A stretch of DNA of 64,000 nucleotides, taken from the NCBI RefSeq assembly GCF_964355755.1, contig NC_092671.1, positions 4,836,001-4,900,000 of the forward strand. The letters run 5' to 3'. Shown here piece after piece: positions 37,389 through 51,314 of the stretch. Numbering within the stretch: the stretch's first letter is position 1; the number at the start of each line of letters is the position of its first letter. The translations under genes were made by a program, and so were the position numbers. The notes under the pieces were generated by a model, which made no database searches, was not told the origin of the DNA, and saw nothing but the letters and a program-made list of their open reading frames with translations. The DNA is from Antedon mediterranea (Eukaryota; Animalia; Echinodermata).

Positions 37389-38882
37389 GTTTTAATCAAA
37401 CGAATCTCTGTATGAATACGACATAATCATCCAATTGTAAACCGGCAAAGTTCATATAATATTGTGTATCTTCACATATGAATTTCTTTCTTACAGTATT
37501 CATCATATACTTTCGTTTCACATTATATGGCCTACAGTTCTATCAAGTTTTTCTGTTGAGCTTCTTTTTCTTGTCCCTTTTATTTTTGTCTATTCTTGTG
37601 CATGAATAAACTTAAATTGAATTGAATATAAAACGTAGACTCGTGTAAAAAAAGAATGATGGCGTCACAGTATCGTTTCAATTTGAACGATTTATTTTCA
37701 ATTACTAATGTCTAGTCAATGATATTATTAATGGAAATTATTATTTTTATGTAAGTGCTTTAATTACACGGTACATAAATATCGATTCGTCGTTTAAAAT
37801 GTTAATGGTGATATTCCATTCTATTGTTAATAAATATGATTGGATGTTGTACATCAAATACAATTAATTTTATATTATTGTTACAAAAATCGCTGTGGGA
37901 ATCATACCAGTCAGATAAGTCCATTCCCTTTACACAGACGCAGACTAGCCTTTATCACCCTCTTCTCATCGGCTGTCTCTAGGTAGATCCTAACTGACTA
38001 TTGACAGTCATCTAGATACGGGTCTCGCTATATTCACTTTTAAAGCTCTGTCTATACACTATCAAACTAGTTTGATAAAAAAAATGTGATGTTTTTAGGT
38101 TTTAGGGGGAAATCCGTTAAAATATTTGATTAGATTATGTTAAGCAGAGTCATTGGCTTACAACAAAGTTAAGATGATTGTGTTTCAGTAAGTCTAACCT
38201 CTGACCTTTATACAGCTTGGTACGGTCTCGTCTATGATAATAACTCATTCATTTTTTTCATTATACCTTCTCTATTTTAATTTGTCTTCCATCTCCATTC
38301 CACCCCATATACTTTGTACCTAATATAACTATTCATACATTTGATGTTTGATCATCAGGAAACATACATAGTATATTAGAAAGCTGCGTGATGTGTTATT
38401 TTTGTTCGAAATAGAATGGCAGATATTAGAAAAGCGTATCGGACACAATCAAGTAAATCGACGCTTTGGCACGTACGTGTCAATGTTTTAATAACCAACA
38501 TGTTTTTTTTTGACTTGTTAAACATTTCCAACCTAATAGATGAATTGCTTTGTTGGATGTTGTTTAAGACATTGTATTCCAAATTGACTTTATCCTTAAG
38601 AGAGTATATTTATAAAATGGTAGATGTTGTATTTTATTGTTGAAATAGAACAGTTATAACCAAATCATTTTTAACTTATAGATAAATTGCTCTGTTGTTT
38701 TTTTTTATTGGACATATAATGTTCCAAACAAGTTAGTCAGTTTTCCGACTATGTACTTCTCCTTTCCGTGTTTGTGTCTGTTTATTTCGCCTAGTGTCCA
38801 ATCCGCGTTTTTGTTGTCTGTACTTCAGTGCGAATAGATATATTTTCTTTCCTGGCCCTAACGGCCGCCCTTACTGTTGTAA

Positions 38883-39195
38883 GGGCGTGTGGCGCAGTTC
38901 GAAGTTCGACTACTGATCGTGAAGTCGAGGTTCCAGTCCAACTCTCGCCGAATTGCTTGTATTCTTAGGCAAGATACTTTGCTTCGTTTGCCTCTCTCCA
39001 TCCAGAGGTGTATAAATGGGAACCCGGTTAGATCAAGGCACAACTTTGCGCTGATTACTAGCTGCAGTATTTTTCCATACGTGTTTGATCTTCCCAAATG
39101 AAAAATGACTGGGGTAATAATGTTCAGCGCTTAGAGGTTGCATAACATTAGGTGCTATATAAATCCAGGATGTTATTATTATTACTATTATTATT
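38883..39195 (+). mobile_element. tRNA-derived SINE with CORE/Meta-like central domain and L2-like tail
   Basis: A-box TGGCGCAGT, B-box GGTTCCAGTCC (38929), central CTTAGGCAAGATACTT...TGCCTCTCTCCATCCAG..GTATAAATGGGAACC, and tail AGCGCTTAGAG...GTGCTATATAAAT plus (TTA)n. Confidence 0.85.
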
Positions 39196-39299
39196 TGGAC
39201 ATTATATTCCGGATTGGTTCTTGTTTGGGAGTGTTATTTATACTGTAGTTTAAGTGTTTTATATTAGAATAGCAGAGCATTTTTTACCAAAATACATAA

Positions 39300-39657
39300 A
39301 GCTTGGTTCCCACTAGAACGTAACGCAAGGACGTAAACGCAACGCAAACGTTTTAACCAATGACAAGCGAAGTAGACAGTTAGCAATCGCAAGCGAATAA
39401 GCCATCGCTTGTGATTGGTCAATTCACTTGCGTTGCGTTACGACCTTGCGTTGCGTCGCTAGTGGGAACCACGCTTTAAGCTTGGTTCCCACTAGAACGT
39501 AACGCAAGGACGTAAACGCAACGCAAGCATTTTAACCAATGACAAGCGAAGTTATAGACAGTTAGCAATCACAAGCGAATAAGCCATCGCTTGTGATTGG
39601 TCAATTCACTTGCGTTGCGTTGCTTCCTTGCGTCGCGTCGCTAGTGGGAACCACGCT
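39300..39657. mobile_element. Tandem pair of MITE family B (PIF/Harbinger-type)
   Basis: Copies 39300-39475 and 39479-39657. TIRs are AGCTTGGTTCCCACTAG / CTAGTGGGAACCACGCT, arranged TAA-copy-TTA-copy-TAA. Confidence 0.92.
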
Positions 39658-39997
39658 TAAGGAATGAGAAAATCCTTACTAGGTTAAGCAATCTTCAGCT
39701 TTAACATTGATGACAGCCTTTCTAATTACTTACTTATCTCAAGGTCTGTCTACTTTATAAATGATGGACTTTTTTTGTCTATTTCAGTAAACATTTATTA
39801 TACTCAGACGTGTCTATTTTGACAGGCTGTGCATACACAATGTACATCTCACATCGTGCATATTAACAATGATTATTGTCTATCAAGTGATCGTTATCAA
39901 ACAGTAAAAATAAAATATAGATAGTCATGGCTACAACGCTTTAATGTGAACCTGTTTTAATTTACTCCGGGTGTATAATTCAGTGAACTAGGTTTAT

Positions 39998-40132
39998 AGC
40001 TTGGTTCCCAGAGACCCAACACAATTACGTAAGCGCAGCGCAAGTAATTTGACCAATCACAAACGATGGATTATTCGAATCGTCACTTCTCATTTGTCAA
40101 CTCGCTTGCGTTGCGCTTACGTCCATGCGTTT
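39998..40132. mobile_element. MITE family B, diverged partial copy
   Basis: AGCTTGGTTCCCA...GACCAATCACAAACGATGG...CTTGCGTTGCG. Another end fragment lies at about 22705-22735. Confidence 0.8.
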
Positions 40133-41410
40133 CATTTATTTAATTCAATGTTTACCAGAATCCATTGTACACTTCTTGCTTAATTCAAGTGTCCATCTGG
40201 CTTTATTATACTGTGTATCATATTTTACTTGACTCCAGTGTGAACCAGACTTAGGCCTACTGTAATTTGGTATAGCGTGAATCAGTGTATTTCTTTCGGT
40301 GTTCTATATTGTCCATAGGTAAATGTAATTTACTTTATTTTTATTATGAACTATGTTAGCTGAATAATTACCCTTATCTTTTACTATTCAATTGCTCTAA
40401 GTTATTTTTTGTTATTTTGAATTGTTATATTTTTATCTATCGTACATTAATACTTGTGTACAGCATTATATTATTAATTTTTCATTCAAACACAATACAC
40501 AGTAGACCAAAAAAAGTGTGAAATTTAAACGACGCATGGCGCGAAAAGTCTAATCACCATTTGTTCTGAAGATGGCGATGTTAGAATATTTTGTCTGCTC
40601 ACATGTTGACACTGGTTTAACATCATTATTGCTATCTTTCATTCATTCATCCACTAATCATTAGTTTATCAAAAATAATTACAATAACAAACATTCCGTA
40701 TCATCAAGGTTATCATCAACATTCTTTCGCTGTCGTCATCGTCGTCAGCATCATCATCAGCAGCATCATCATTATCATCATCCATCCATCACACAGTAAT
40801 TCATTGTCATTCAATTACACGTTTTGTCAAATTCGACAATCTACAGTGAACATTTCCACCCAGTGAATCAAGAAATATAATATTTCCTAATAATTTATTA
40901 TTAAAGTTTGAAGCTTTAAAAACACATTTGAAAATAACTAAATAAACAAAATTGTTGATTAAATTTGTTTATATTAAAGCTACATTAATGCTTGCTCACT
41001 GTGGCGTCCACTTTCTTGCATTATATTAATGTTTTTTGGTTGTATATTATATTTATTTATTTATCTGTATTTTGCTCTATAATTTGTGGAAATAAAAGTT
41101 AAGTGTGTAATTGCCAATGTATTGTATTCGTAGGAAAATGTGTAATATTTGTCACGTTTGTTTTTTATTTGTTGTTTTTTTTTTTTTTTTTTTGTTAGCC
41201 ATTGCAACAACACGATCGTTTATAAAGTAATACGATATTTTATGGAACATTTATTGCAATTTTATACTTGGTTAATTAAGCTAGTTGATAACATGTCAGT
41301 GTCTTATGTCAAAATTTATTAAAAGGCTCTTCTTGCCACTGTTGTTGCGTGATAGAATGTTTTAAAATGCAATGAATATTAATTTATGCTTAACCTAACG
41401 TTGGGCCTAA

Positions 41411-41868
41411 AGCTTGATTCCCACTTGGACGTAACGTAAGGACCTAAGCACACCGAATTGTCGATTGTGATTGGTCAACTCCTCACTTGAGTTGTGCCTA
41501 GATCGCTGCGTTGCTTTGAAGTGGAAACCAAGCCTCAGGCCAAACGTTATAGATAAAGCATATTTCATATTGCCTATGTTGGCCTTATTACTAAAGCTTG
41601 GTTCCTATTGGACGCAACGTAAGGACGTGCAACATAAGTTATTTGACCAATCAAAAACGATGCATTTCATTTTATTTCATTATTTATTCGGTCTATTTCA
41701 GTATATACATAACCAAAAAAAATTAAATTGGGGAGACCAGGGTCAACCTAAGTGAACTTAATCAATGTAGCTGAGCCGGTTGATCCAACCCCAAAGTCAG
41801 TTTACACATAAAAGCTATCGCTTTCATGGGTCATCGAGCTTCCGTTGCGTCCCAATGGGAACCAAGCT
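41411..41868. mobile_element. Two diverged family B MITEs, the second interrupted by a probable LINE 3' tail
   Basis: 41411-41535 and 41595-41868 carry AGCTTG(A/G)TTCC...GG(A/G)AACCAAGC ends. The insert at about 41665-41815 reads GAATAAAT..(GAAAT)n on the minus strand. Confidence 0.75.
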
Positions 41869-43191
41869 TTAATTTCGTTGAGGTCAAGTTTAAACTCAAT
41901 ACATAGTGTAGTAGTTATGTCAATGTTTACATAACGGTATTAATTCCATATTGTCTTAAACTGATATGGAGGACCGTCTGAAAATAATCAAACTCGGCGC
42001 TCAGAACCTTGTCAATTTACCTAGTTTGACAACCATAGAGTGAATGCAAGTTAATTGATTAGATTTACTGTCAATGCAAATATTTGTATTTACACCCACT
42101 AATTATATTATTAGATAGGTCTAAATGTTATGTATGTTTTAATAATCGGTTTATTAAAAGCCCAAATTAATCAATCAATTCTCCTAGGCTTATCATAACA
42201 CCACACTGTTTATATACCAAATGCATTGATCGGAGATTCGGTTATATGTCAATTAATAGTCGTATTAAAATCTTCTCATTTTCCCGTTTGTACAGCACAA
42301 TTGGATAAGAAATACAAATTACTTTTACTGTTGGTTAAAACATTTTGAGAATGCGATCAAACGCGTGTGTAAACCTCTCTTGGGGATTCCCTTCGCGATA
42401 GTGTCACGTGGGAGGCACGCGCCTAAAGATACAAGTGACCACGTAGAGTAATTAGTTAGAACAACTATTTGTTAACTCAATTACCTGGTAAGGTGTACAG
42501 CAGACTATTCGAATTTGAGGCCGAAGGATTTTTTTCTAGTGGAAAGAAAGCTTTAAAGAAGACACGAACGTGAATTCTACGCGCGCGTACTTGAAAGTAG
42601 AACTAAGTTGATATTGATATCATCAAGTCATGAATTAAGTATGTCATGCGCTTACAGTATATCTTATACATACGGCACCATTTGATTTAAATATATCATG
42701 TATTATGTATAGACTAGATCCGGAATGACATGTTAGATTATTGTTAACGATGATATCCGAATTTACGACATATCATTGATATGTGACCTATAAAATATTT
42801 ATTGAAAATGGATACAGTATACAAATTAAATAAAACACATTTACAATACCAGACGCAAAAAAAATGTTTTGTTTAAACTCAAATAACTAGAAATACAATC
42901 AAGACAAATCAACATGTAAACAACACATGTAATATCTTTGGGTTTCTTGTATTGTCCGCTAAAAATGGGCAAGTAATCACAAAATTCGTTTGTTAAGTTT
43001 GATAACTTTGGGTACCGCTGTAAATGGCTGTTTGTGAAGTAAAACATAGCAAAACAATGTGGAGAAACTCCGATCAATAATTGCGATGAATGGCGAACAG
43101 ACGTCTACGATCTTAGTTGGGTATAGAAATCGTATTAAATTTTACAGGACACACAGTGGGGAATGGGGTTTATCAATGTCTATACTTTAAG

Positions 43192-43347
43192 GGTCTGTCT
43201 ACACCATTAAACTAGTTTCACCAAAAATAAGTGTGATGTGCCCAAATATAGTAGTGGTATGCTTAAATATGGTAGTGATATGACATCATCATGTCCATAT
43301 ATGGGAACATCACATTATTGGTCGCATAAAGTTTGATAGTGTAGACT
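43192..43347. mobile_element. MITE family A copy
   Basis: tctgtctacacc...aaactagttt...aatatggtagtgatat...aaagtttgatagtgtagac. Confidence 0.85.
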
Positions 43348-44198
43348 TTGAGAAGAGTAGTAAACAAAAACAACCGAAAGTGTAGCCTCTTTTGCTAATT
43401 AAGCATAACTCCAATTCTTAACAAATTAAAAGCTTTAGTTGACGTCTGAACGTTCGTAATAATTGTCTCTATCCAGCTTAAAATCTTGCTAAGTATAGTT
43501 AATACACTCATTTATATTCTCAAGTTGTTTTGATAATCCTTATTGAATATTAAATTTAATTTGAATAATATTGACTATCTTTAGATGATATTCTTGAAAG
43601 TATTAGTTAATGTACTAATAAGTGAAAGTGCTTCTTCCACGAGAGATGAGAATACTGAAATTGTTGTATTGACCCATTTATCTTGAGTTGAGTACTGTAA
43701 TTAAAACTCGAATAAAATATTATAAATGGATAAAATGCTTTTTTAATGTGCTTATATTGGATGAGACATACTGTACAAGTGATCATATACCCGTGCGTGA
43801 CGGTCTCTTAAAGTAATGTTTACATCTGTGCATCATCAATTAAAACATCAGTATCGTATACCATGTTTAACGATAATATTAAAGAAAAAAAGAAAATGTT
43901 CAAGAGTGATACTGAAATCTATAATAGTATAGTAGTAGTAGGAAATCTTTTATTTATTTACGTTTAAAATTAAGTTTCACGAAGATAAGTTTTTCATTAA
44001 GGTCGTGAATAAACATCTTAAGCTAACATAAAAAAGTAAGACAAACACATTTGCGAGAGTGAAAAGGGTTGCCCAAACCAAGATTTAAATTATTACGTTT
44101 TTGCTCAATCTGTTTGTGAAATATGTCCATAAATTGAATAGATGATTAATTTTATGGGGGATTTGTTTGTCAATATTATGATGAGCCGTTAAGGGCGC

Positions 44199-44327
44199 TG
44201 TTATTCCTCTTACGGCAGAGCAATAATATATGTGGTTCTGGTTCTGGTTCTTCTTAGGGATTCCTATTATGGAAAAATGGGGGTTCCTATTATGGAAAAA
44301 TGGGGCTTTCTATTATGGAAAATTGGA
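44199..44327 (+). repeat. Hairpin, (GGTTCT)n and 3 x ~20-bp repeat; possible HINE 5' fragment
   Basis: TTATTCCTCT..AGAGCAATAA hairpin, GGTTCT x3, and TT(C/T)CTATTATGGAAAA x3. Confidence 0.5.
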
Positions 44328-44857
44328 TCCTTTTTTTTTTGGATAAATTATGTAGACACTTTCTTGCATGCACTTTAAATCTTGGTTGCAACTTTTGACC
44401 AATCACAAGCGACAGTTTGGGTTCATCGTGATTTTTTGTAAAATGTTGACTTTGTTGACATGTACATCTAGCAGGCAGTAATGTTTCTGATATGGATTAG
44501 TATTGCAAGCATACCGTTCGTCAATAATATTTGGCCGTCGGCTCGATCGCCATCAATTGACGTCAAACAATCAGTATATGACTATGTTTATGACATTATG
44601 CCCAGTATTTTGTCCAATCGGTCAGTATAGTTGTATCCGGTTTCAGTCGGTCGGTTAGTCTGTTCACTTGTCAATCGGTCAGGTTTTTTTGCAATGGCCA
44701 CATGATTCGATTGGTTACCTGTTTTTTAATCATTCGTCGATCAGTTTATTGTTTGTCCAGTGATTCGGTCAATCAGTTACTCAAGTGTGATTCGTCAGTC
44801 AGTCGGTCAGTTTGACAGTGTTTTTGTTTTCAATCTGGACACTTACACCGAATACTC

Positions 44858-44934
44858 CAGGGAAGAGTTAAATTAATTAAATTATTATATTATTATATTA
44901 TTATTTAATTAAATTTAAATTTAACTCTTCCCTG
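44858..44934. mobile_element. 77-bp hAT-type MITE
   Basis: TIRs CAGGGAAGAGTTAAATT / AATTTAACTCTTCCCTG with an exact 8-bp TSD GAATACTC (44850-44857 and 44935-44942). Confidence 0.88.
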
Positions 44935-46556
44935 GAATACTCTAATTAAGTGACCAGTTGATGTCTTAAAATCTATATGCTTCCATTTCTAGCATTATCA
45001 TACATTACATTGATTGATTGTTTAGCGATCCTACTCATTTAGCTCGCATTTGAAAGGTAACGGTTACTGTGCCGATCTATTAAAAACCTGCTTAGATCAG
45101 CAACCTACATACAGTAAGCTTATCAGCGGCTTAAATCGAAGAACAGTAAATTATATATTATTTGTAGTTGTCTAATACTGTATGTTCAGAATAAATGGAA
45201 CCGGATATGTAGGTTTTGATATAGTAGGATGAATTATGTGCATGTATAATGCAATGTTCACTTACTGTTTAAAAGCAAAAATGACATCCTTCGTCTTTAA
45301 GAGCTAGATGATTATTCAGGATAATATTATGCGGATGAGATTGAGAATATGAACCAATTAACAACTCGGTATCTATGACAATTCCGTGATACTGCCTCAA
45401 TATGCGTCACATGTGAATACCGGTAGGCCTACTGTACTATGATACTTTATTTTATCCCTCTCGTTCATTTCACGAGGTAGTGTTTCTTTATAGGCGTGTC
45501 TCCTCTTTTGAATAGGGGTGTTCAAAAGAAACAGTCCTATGCTGAGTAGTCATAACAGTAAAGAATGATAATGATGAATATTATTAGGCCTACACTTAAA
45601 TGGCAAAATGTAATACTGCATCAATGACAATAATTTGAAGGGAAAAACACGTAAAGTTTAGATAAGCATGTTTTTGTTTTCATTGTTTTTTCATGCTATA
45701 CTTTGTTGTTGTTATTCTTTTAAAAGCATAACAACATTATTGCCTTTCGTCATCGCATTATATATGATTCCACAATGCCATCCTTTCAATCTCTAAAATC
45801 GAATATAATGGAAGGCTTTCGTATCGATCACAAACACACACACATTATCCGTTTATTTCTTGGCGGATTGAATAGCTTACAACGTCTCAAATATATTATT
45901 GATATTGGAATTTACTGTGCTTATTCTAATGACTCTGCTTTAAAAGGTTGTATTTACTACCGAGCAGCTTCATCTTGTGTTTTCTCCTGTCTCGTAAATT
46001 GCTTTATAGATGATTTCGTCAAATCGACGACTTAGAAGTTTAGATGTGTGTAAGAGGTGTACTTATATATGTTTTGTTAGGCTACTTGTTGTTGCCATCT
46101 TAATTGCAATTTTATTCAAAAAATATCCACAAATTCTCATTGCTGTATCTCTACATGAGAATTTTGACCAGTATCATAGGCAAATTCCGTAATACTGCAT
46201 CTCATATGTATCACATGTTTCTCCTGTCTCTTACTGCTGCAGCATCCGATTCTCACTGCTGTATTTCCATATTGTGATAATATTGTCCAGGCAAATTCGG
46301 TAATACAGTATCTCATGTGTATTCCATGTGGTGCCTGTATCATGGAACTTATTTGATGTGCTAATTACTGAAATGATGCTGATGAATTGACTGAATTTAT
46401 TCAGTATGTTAATGTCAGTTTTTACTGTTAGACTAAAAACGTGTTAAGTATGCCTAACGTCGGCAAAACATGTGTTGTATTAATTTATGTATCACAAACA
46501 AATTAATGCTTAATAAAAAAAATAATCCTATATCAGAAAATCATATTCATTATTTA

Positions 46557-46900
46557 AAGATGTATTGTCCCTCAACAACATGACAAGTAAACATTAATAA
46601 AATCAGACTTTTAATAGTCCATTTTGTAGTTTTAATAAAGTTATTTACTCACGTAGAATAAAAACAAAAAAATAATATTGATTTTACTTACGGCTATAGA
46701 AAGGCAAATAAAGGGTTACATTTAACCAAAAACTCATTTTCTGACAGATAATTTAACTATTTTTTGCTTTAGATTACAGTTTTCTTCTGGTAAAATATTT
46801 GGGTGCAAGTGAATACATACAGTATTGTGTGACATTAAAATGGCATATTCAACAACAACACAAATTTTTAATATATATTTTAAATAGGAAAAATACCTTT
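46557..46900. mobile_element. Partial or diverged Kolobok-type element
   Basis: TTAA|AGATGTATTGTCCC matches the termini of 6577-7123. The right end is uncertain. Confidence 0.5.
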
Positions 46901-48356
46901 AAAGATATACCATAAATAATAACTGATATTTTATTTTCAAATTCATTCGTTTGAATTATTATATTATAAAATTGTAATAGATAGATATGTAATCTATGCC
47001 ACGAAGGCCATTCGCTGCCGATTACAATTCTACTACAGGCGTCTAAAAAAATATATATATATAAATCTGCTCTAAGCAATACATTAATAGCAGTTAACAC
47101 AAAATCACAAACACAAAAAGTTAAATGAATCAGCAGTTTCCGTGCCGTATCATGTCTAGTTACAATAAACAGCATGCAGTATCGTGTCTGTAGACAGTAA
47201 CGGGCCCTACAATAGTACCTCCACTTACTCCTGCTCTTTATCCGCATTGCATGAACGTCCGTGTATCGAGTGATTACGTTGTTATTCAAACGAATTTCCT
47301 GCATATACTGTAAACACCCATTATGTGTTAGGTGCGGTAAAAACATTTTTCCTTATGATGTGTGTTATGATTTTTACAAAAAGCATCGAAAAGCTTTATT
47401 GATGCTTGCCTGCGTTCAGTTTATGTTTCTGGATCACTCGAGGCCCATCCATCAGAAAACTACACATTTATTAAATTGTTTTCTGTCTACCTACTAGCGG
47501 TTTGCTTAATGAAATCTCTGCATACAACGCTGTCACGCATGTATTATGCGAGTGATGTATCATGCTCAGTTATTGTTATTGGTTGTAAATACTCACCTAA
47601 TTTAAATGACTTACAGGAAGAAGAAGACATCTTCGTAAGAAAATACTTTTAAATTCTGCTCATGATTAATTCAGAATAATTTATATGTAAAAAGCTTCTT
47701 CGATCATCAGTACTCAATAACTGTTTTAGTGAAAATATGTCGTTTATATCTTTTCATTGGTTTCTTTGTTTTGCTTTCCTTTTCAGTAATTCGATATATT
47801 TATTCTGGATAATTTATGTAAAAAGCAATATGTCGTATTTATCTTATACTTTCTTTCCATACACTAACTAATTGATATTAAATTGCATTTGGAATATTAT
47901 TATGTAAAAAGCTTCTCCGTCACTCCCCAATAGTTTATCTTATACTTGGTTTAGTTGTTTTGTTTTCTCTTTCAATATTAATGTACATTTAAATTGTGTG
48001 AATTTAATCCTGTTCATCAAAATAGAAGTAAAATTAGTAACGCGATATCGGCCTATAACAAACTTATTTCGTAAATTACTTTCGATTTTCATGCGATTTA
48101 TATAAATTATACGTAAATATTTTTCAAATGTTTATAGTTATCAAGTTTTATTTGATAAATTTGTGTGACTTTCCCACATTATTTTAACATAATGACGTCA
48201 CTTGTGTTATGATCATAACTAATGTTCTTGTTTTCCCACATTAAATGTGTACAATGACGTAATTTATGTCATAAAATGAAATAATACCTTCAAAAGAGTT
48301 CTTAAATGTATCCAATTCAAATTAAATCGAAGTTTGCCCAGTTCGTCAGTGACACA

Positions 48357-48467
48357 AACACCACGGAGTTGACGCGCGCGTACACAAGCCAGTACCTATC
48401 GTATATGATCAACACCACGGAGTTGACGCGCGCGTACACAAGCCAGTACCTATCGTATATGATCAAC
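48357..48467. repeat. Perfect 54-bp tandem duplication
   Basis: AACACCACGGAGTTGACGCGCGCGTACACAAGCCAGTACCTATCGTATATGATC starts at 48357 and again at 48411. Confidence 0.97.
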
Positions 48468-48572
48468 TCTACTTGAACGCTTGTAAGTTAGGTCTACATA
48501 GTGCATGTAATAATTATAATAGCCGACAAGGTAAGTAAAACGCTAGTAAATGGAATAAAGAATTTATAGTAT

Positions 48573-49040
48573 ACAAATAATGAATGTTTATGAGTGCAAT
48601 GGTACAAATAATGGCACGAGGTGAATGATGAAAGGTTATATCAACGAGGCAAAGCCGAGTTGATATAACCTTTCATCATTCACCAAGTGCCATTATTTGT
48701 ACCATTACACGAATACAAAACATTCATTATTTGTTTTATATAACATCTAAATAACAAACAAAAATGTTTCAAAAAGTACTATTTAACGATCGTTGAATAG
48801 TGCGTACTATTGCACGCCATGTGACCCACATTCGTCCAATCAAATGACAGGAATTTATATAGGTGTTATATAATACGTAATATTGCACGCTATGTGACCC
48901 ACAATCGTCCAATCAAATGACGGGAATATATTAGATGTTTCCACTCGGCTTCGTCTCGTGGAAATATAACATTTTATCATTCACCTCATGACATTATTTG
49001 TACCATTCCTCGAATATAAAACATTAATATTATTTGTACA
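48573..49040. mobile_element. Palindromic non-autonomous element plus rearranged partial second copy (class uncertain)
   Basis: An imperfect palindrome of about 160 bp (48573-48734) is centred on GAGGCAAAGCCGAG. A TTATATAACA...TGTTATATAA pair follows, and both segments are repeated at 48880-49040. Confidence 0.7.
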
Positions 49041-49954
49041 TTATACTATATTGTATAGTACTGTGCAACTTCAAGTTCAGTGTGTTCATGTTCTTTATTG
49101 AATGGTTAAGTCATTATATCTAATTGATTTTAAACCGTAATGCTAAATCAAATAATGATAAGCGCCGAGCATCGATTTTTTGTATTATTGGACTAAAAAT
49201 TGATTGAGATTTATTCAAACTGTCAGTTGAAATGACGTCATGTTTTTAGTGAGTGTATGGACCGTTCAAACGGCAGGTTCATCGCTTTAAAACGGGATGT
49301 TACTTTTGGTCGTTTTTATCACAGTCATTTGACCGATAGTAAATGTTGTAATGATTCAGTTGGATGTTCCTAAGTAGTAATTATGATATTTAACAACACA
49401 ACAGCAGCATCGGTGGATTGGCGAATACATAGTTTGAATTGCCTGTGATTAAAATGCTATAGTCTGAATTTTGGAGGTAATTAATACTACAAACACACGA
49501 TTCTCTCAAGCAAGCTTTGTACGTGAGACTTCAGTGGAAATAATCGCTGCTGCTTTACCTAGGAAAGATTGGCTGTTCTTTAATTCAACGCCTCATCACC
49601 ACCTTACATACGTTTTCATAATACAGTTACAACTTGCACACAAGTATCTTTTATATCCGGTGTCTGAAACATTTGTCATTCCGACTATGCTTTTCATCGA
49701 TTATGGAATTATTCTTGGTGTGACTATTACGGCTCTGCAGCAGACAGTAAAACTTAAAACGGCGGGGATGTTATGCGTCTGGTAATTTTGCGCTTGGGAA
49801 CTAAATACTATAACAGATTTACTTACTGAAGATGTCTGATAAAAGGCAGTTTCGGAAATGTAAAAGCGCAACATTTGTTGTAGATGGATATAACTACACA
49901 ATAGGTTAGTTATTTTGTTGCTTTTTCGATATCTCTGTAAGCTAAAACGAAACC

Positions 49955-49988
49955 ATGGAAGAAACGTTTTGTATTACCTCTGTGCCGG
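49955..49988 (+). CDS. Candidate alternative first coding exon (MEETFCITSVP)
   Basis: Perfect ACCATGG Kozak context; ends CCGG|GTAAAC in phase 1. Confidence 0.4.
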
Positions 49989-51314
49989 GTAAACCTTTCG
50001 CAACTAGGGTAGGCTCAACATTCCAAATGCTATAAATTAATCATGTTGAAAAGTATATAGTGCATGCATGCTTTAACAGCTAGGCCTACTCGTAAGGTTA
50101 TTGTTTCAGTGATGATGGCGACAGAACAGGTGTCAAATAGTCATTATCGTCATCATCATAATCAGATGACGATGACGATAGCCTGATAGTTCAATCACTG
50201 GTGTTGACACGTACGGAATATGTGTTATTATTGTTTACCCCTTTATGCCAATAAAATGTTGTCTTGCCAGTTTTCTACTATATTCCTCAATGGTGGCCCA
50301 ACTTGTTTATTTATGCTATTCCACTGTCAAACATGCAGGTAGACCATCTAAACATGTGTTTTGTACGTTAATAGATGTTATTATACTTTTTCACAAACCG
50401 GTTTAAACGAATTATTCTTGGAATGTAATTTACGATATCTAGGGCTAAGAGTTTAATCAATTTCCCGTCTACCCATTAAATAATCCCCCTAGTAAAGAAC
50501 CATTCTTCTAATTTGAAAGGAAATGTAATTGTCCTGGGCCTTTGAAAATATACGTATGTGTTTGTACAGGTGCTTTACACCGTCGCAGTGTTATAGATGG
50601 CTAAACCATAAATGAAAATTGAAAAACGTTCTTTATTTTATTTTAGGAGTCAAGTACTTGGAATCGTTTATTATCACAGCTTTAATGCATAATAATTTCA
50701 TAGAAAATTATCAAGGAAATTGCTAGTATTAATATGTATATTCCTAAAGAGATTCTGCTGATGAGGTAGATGATTATTATGATGGCGGCAGGCTATGACT
50801 TGAATAAACATGAAGGATAATGCAAGTTTACCACGTTCATCAACATCATAATTAGCGTATCCAAAGGGGCCACCCCCTCCCCCAATTTAGAAAAATTAAA
50901 ACCCCAAATAAGGATATTAGGTTGACCCTTCTTAAGATCCGCCACTGCTGTCCGTTCACTGGATTTCGTCTGTGTCGTATCCTACTTTAACTGTATCCAA
51001 TAGTCCTAACTGTACTCATTCCTAGTAGGCCTAGGCTATATGACGGCTATGCCCCTTTCCTGAATTTGGTTATGTCTATTAACGTTGCTATGATTGCGCA
51101 CGCACGATCTTTGTTTTGCATATGAGCTTGCATTTCATGTTGTGCGGCGACTATAGTCCTGTTTTTTTGGGGTTTTTTTGCAATAACTGTTGGTCAATCT
51201 GAAGCTGATTGAGATCTTCTGACCTAATATGCTTTGATTACGTGTTATAGGTCTAAATAATTATTAACGTATTTTTATTAACGTAACGTGTTTTTTCTCG
51301 TATTCTAAAATAAT

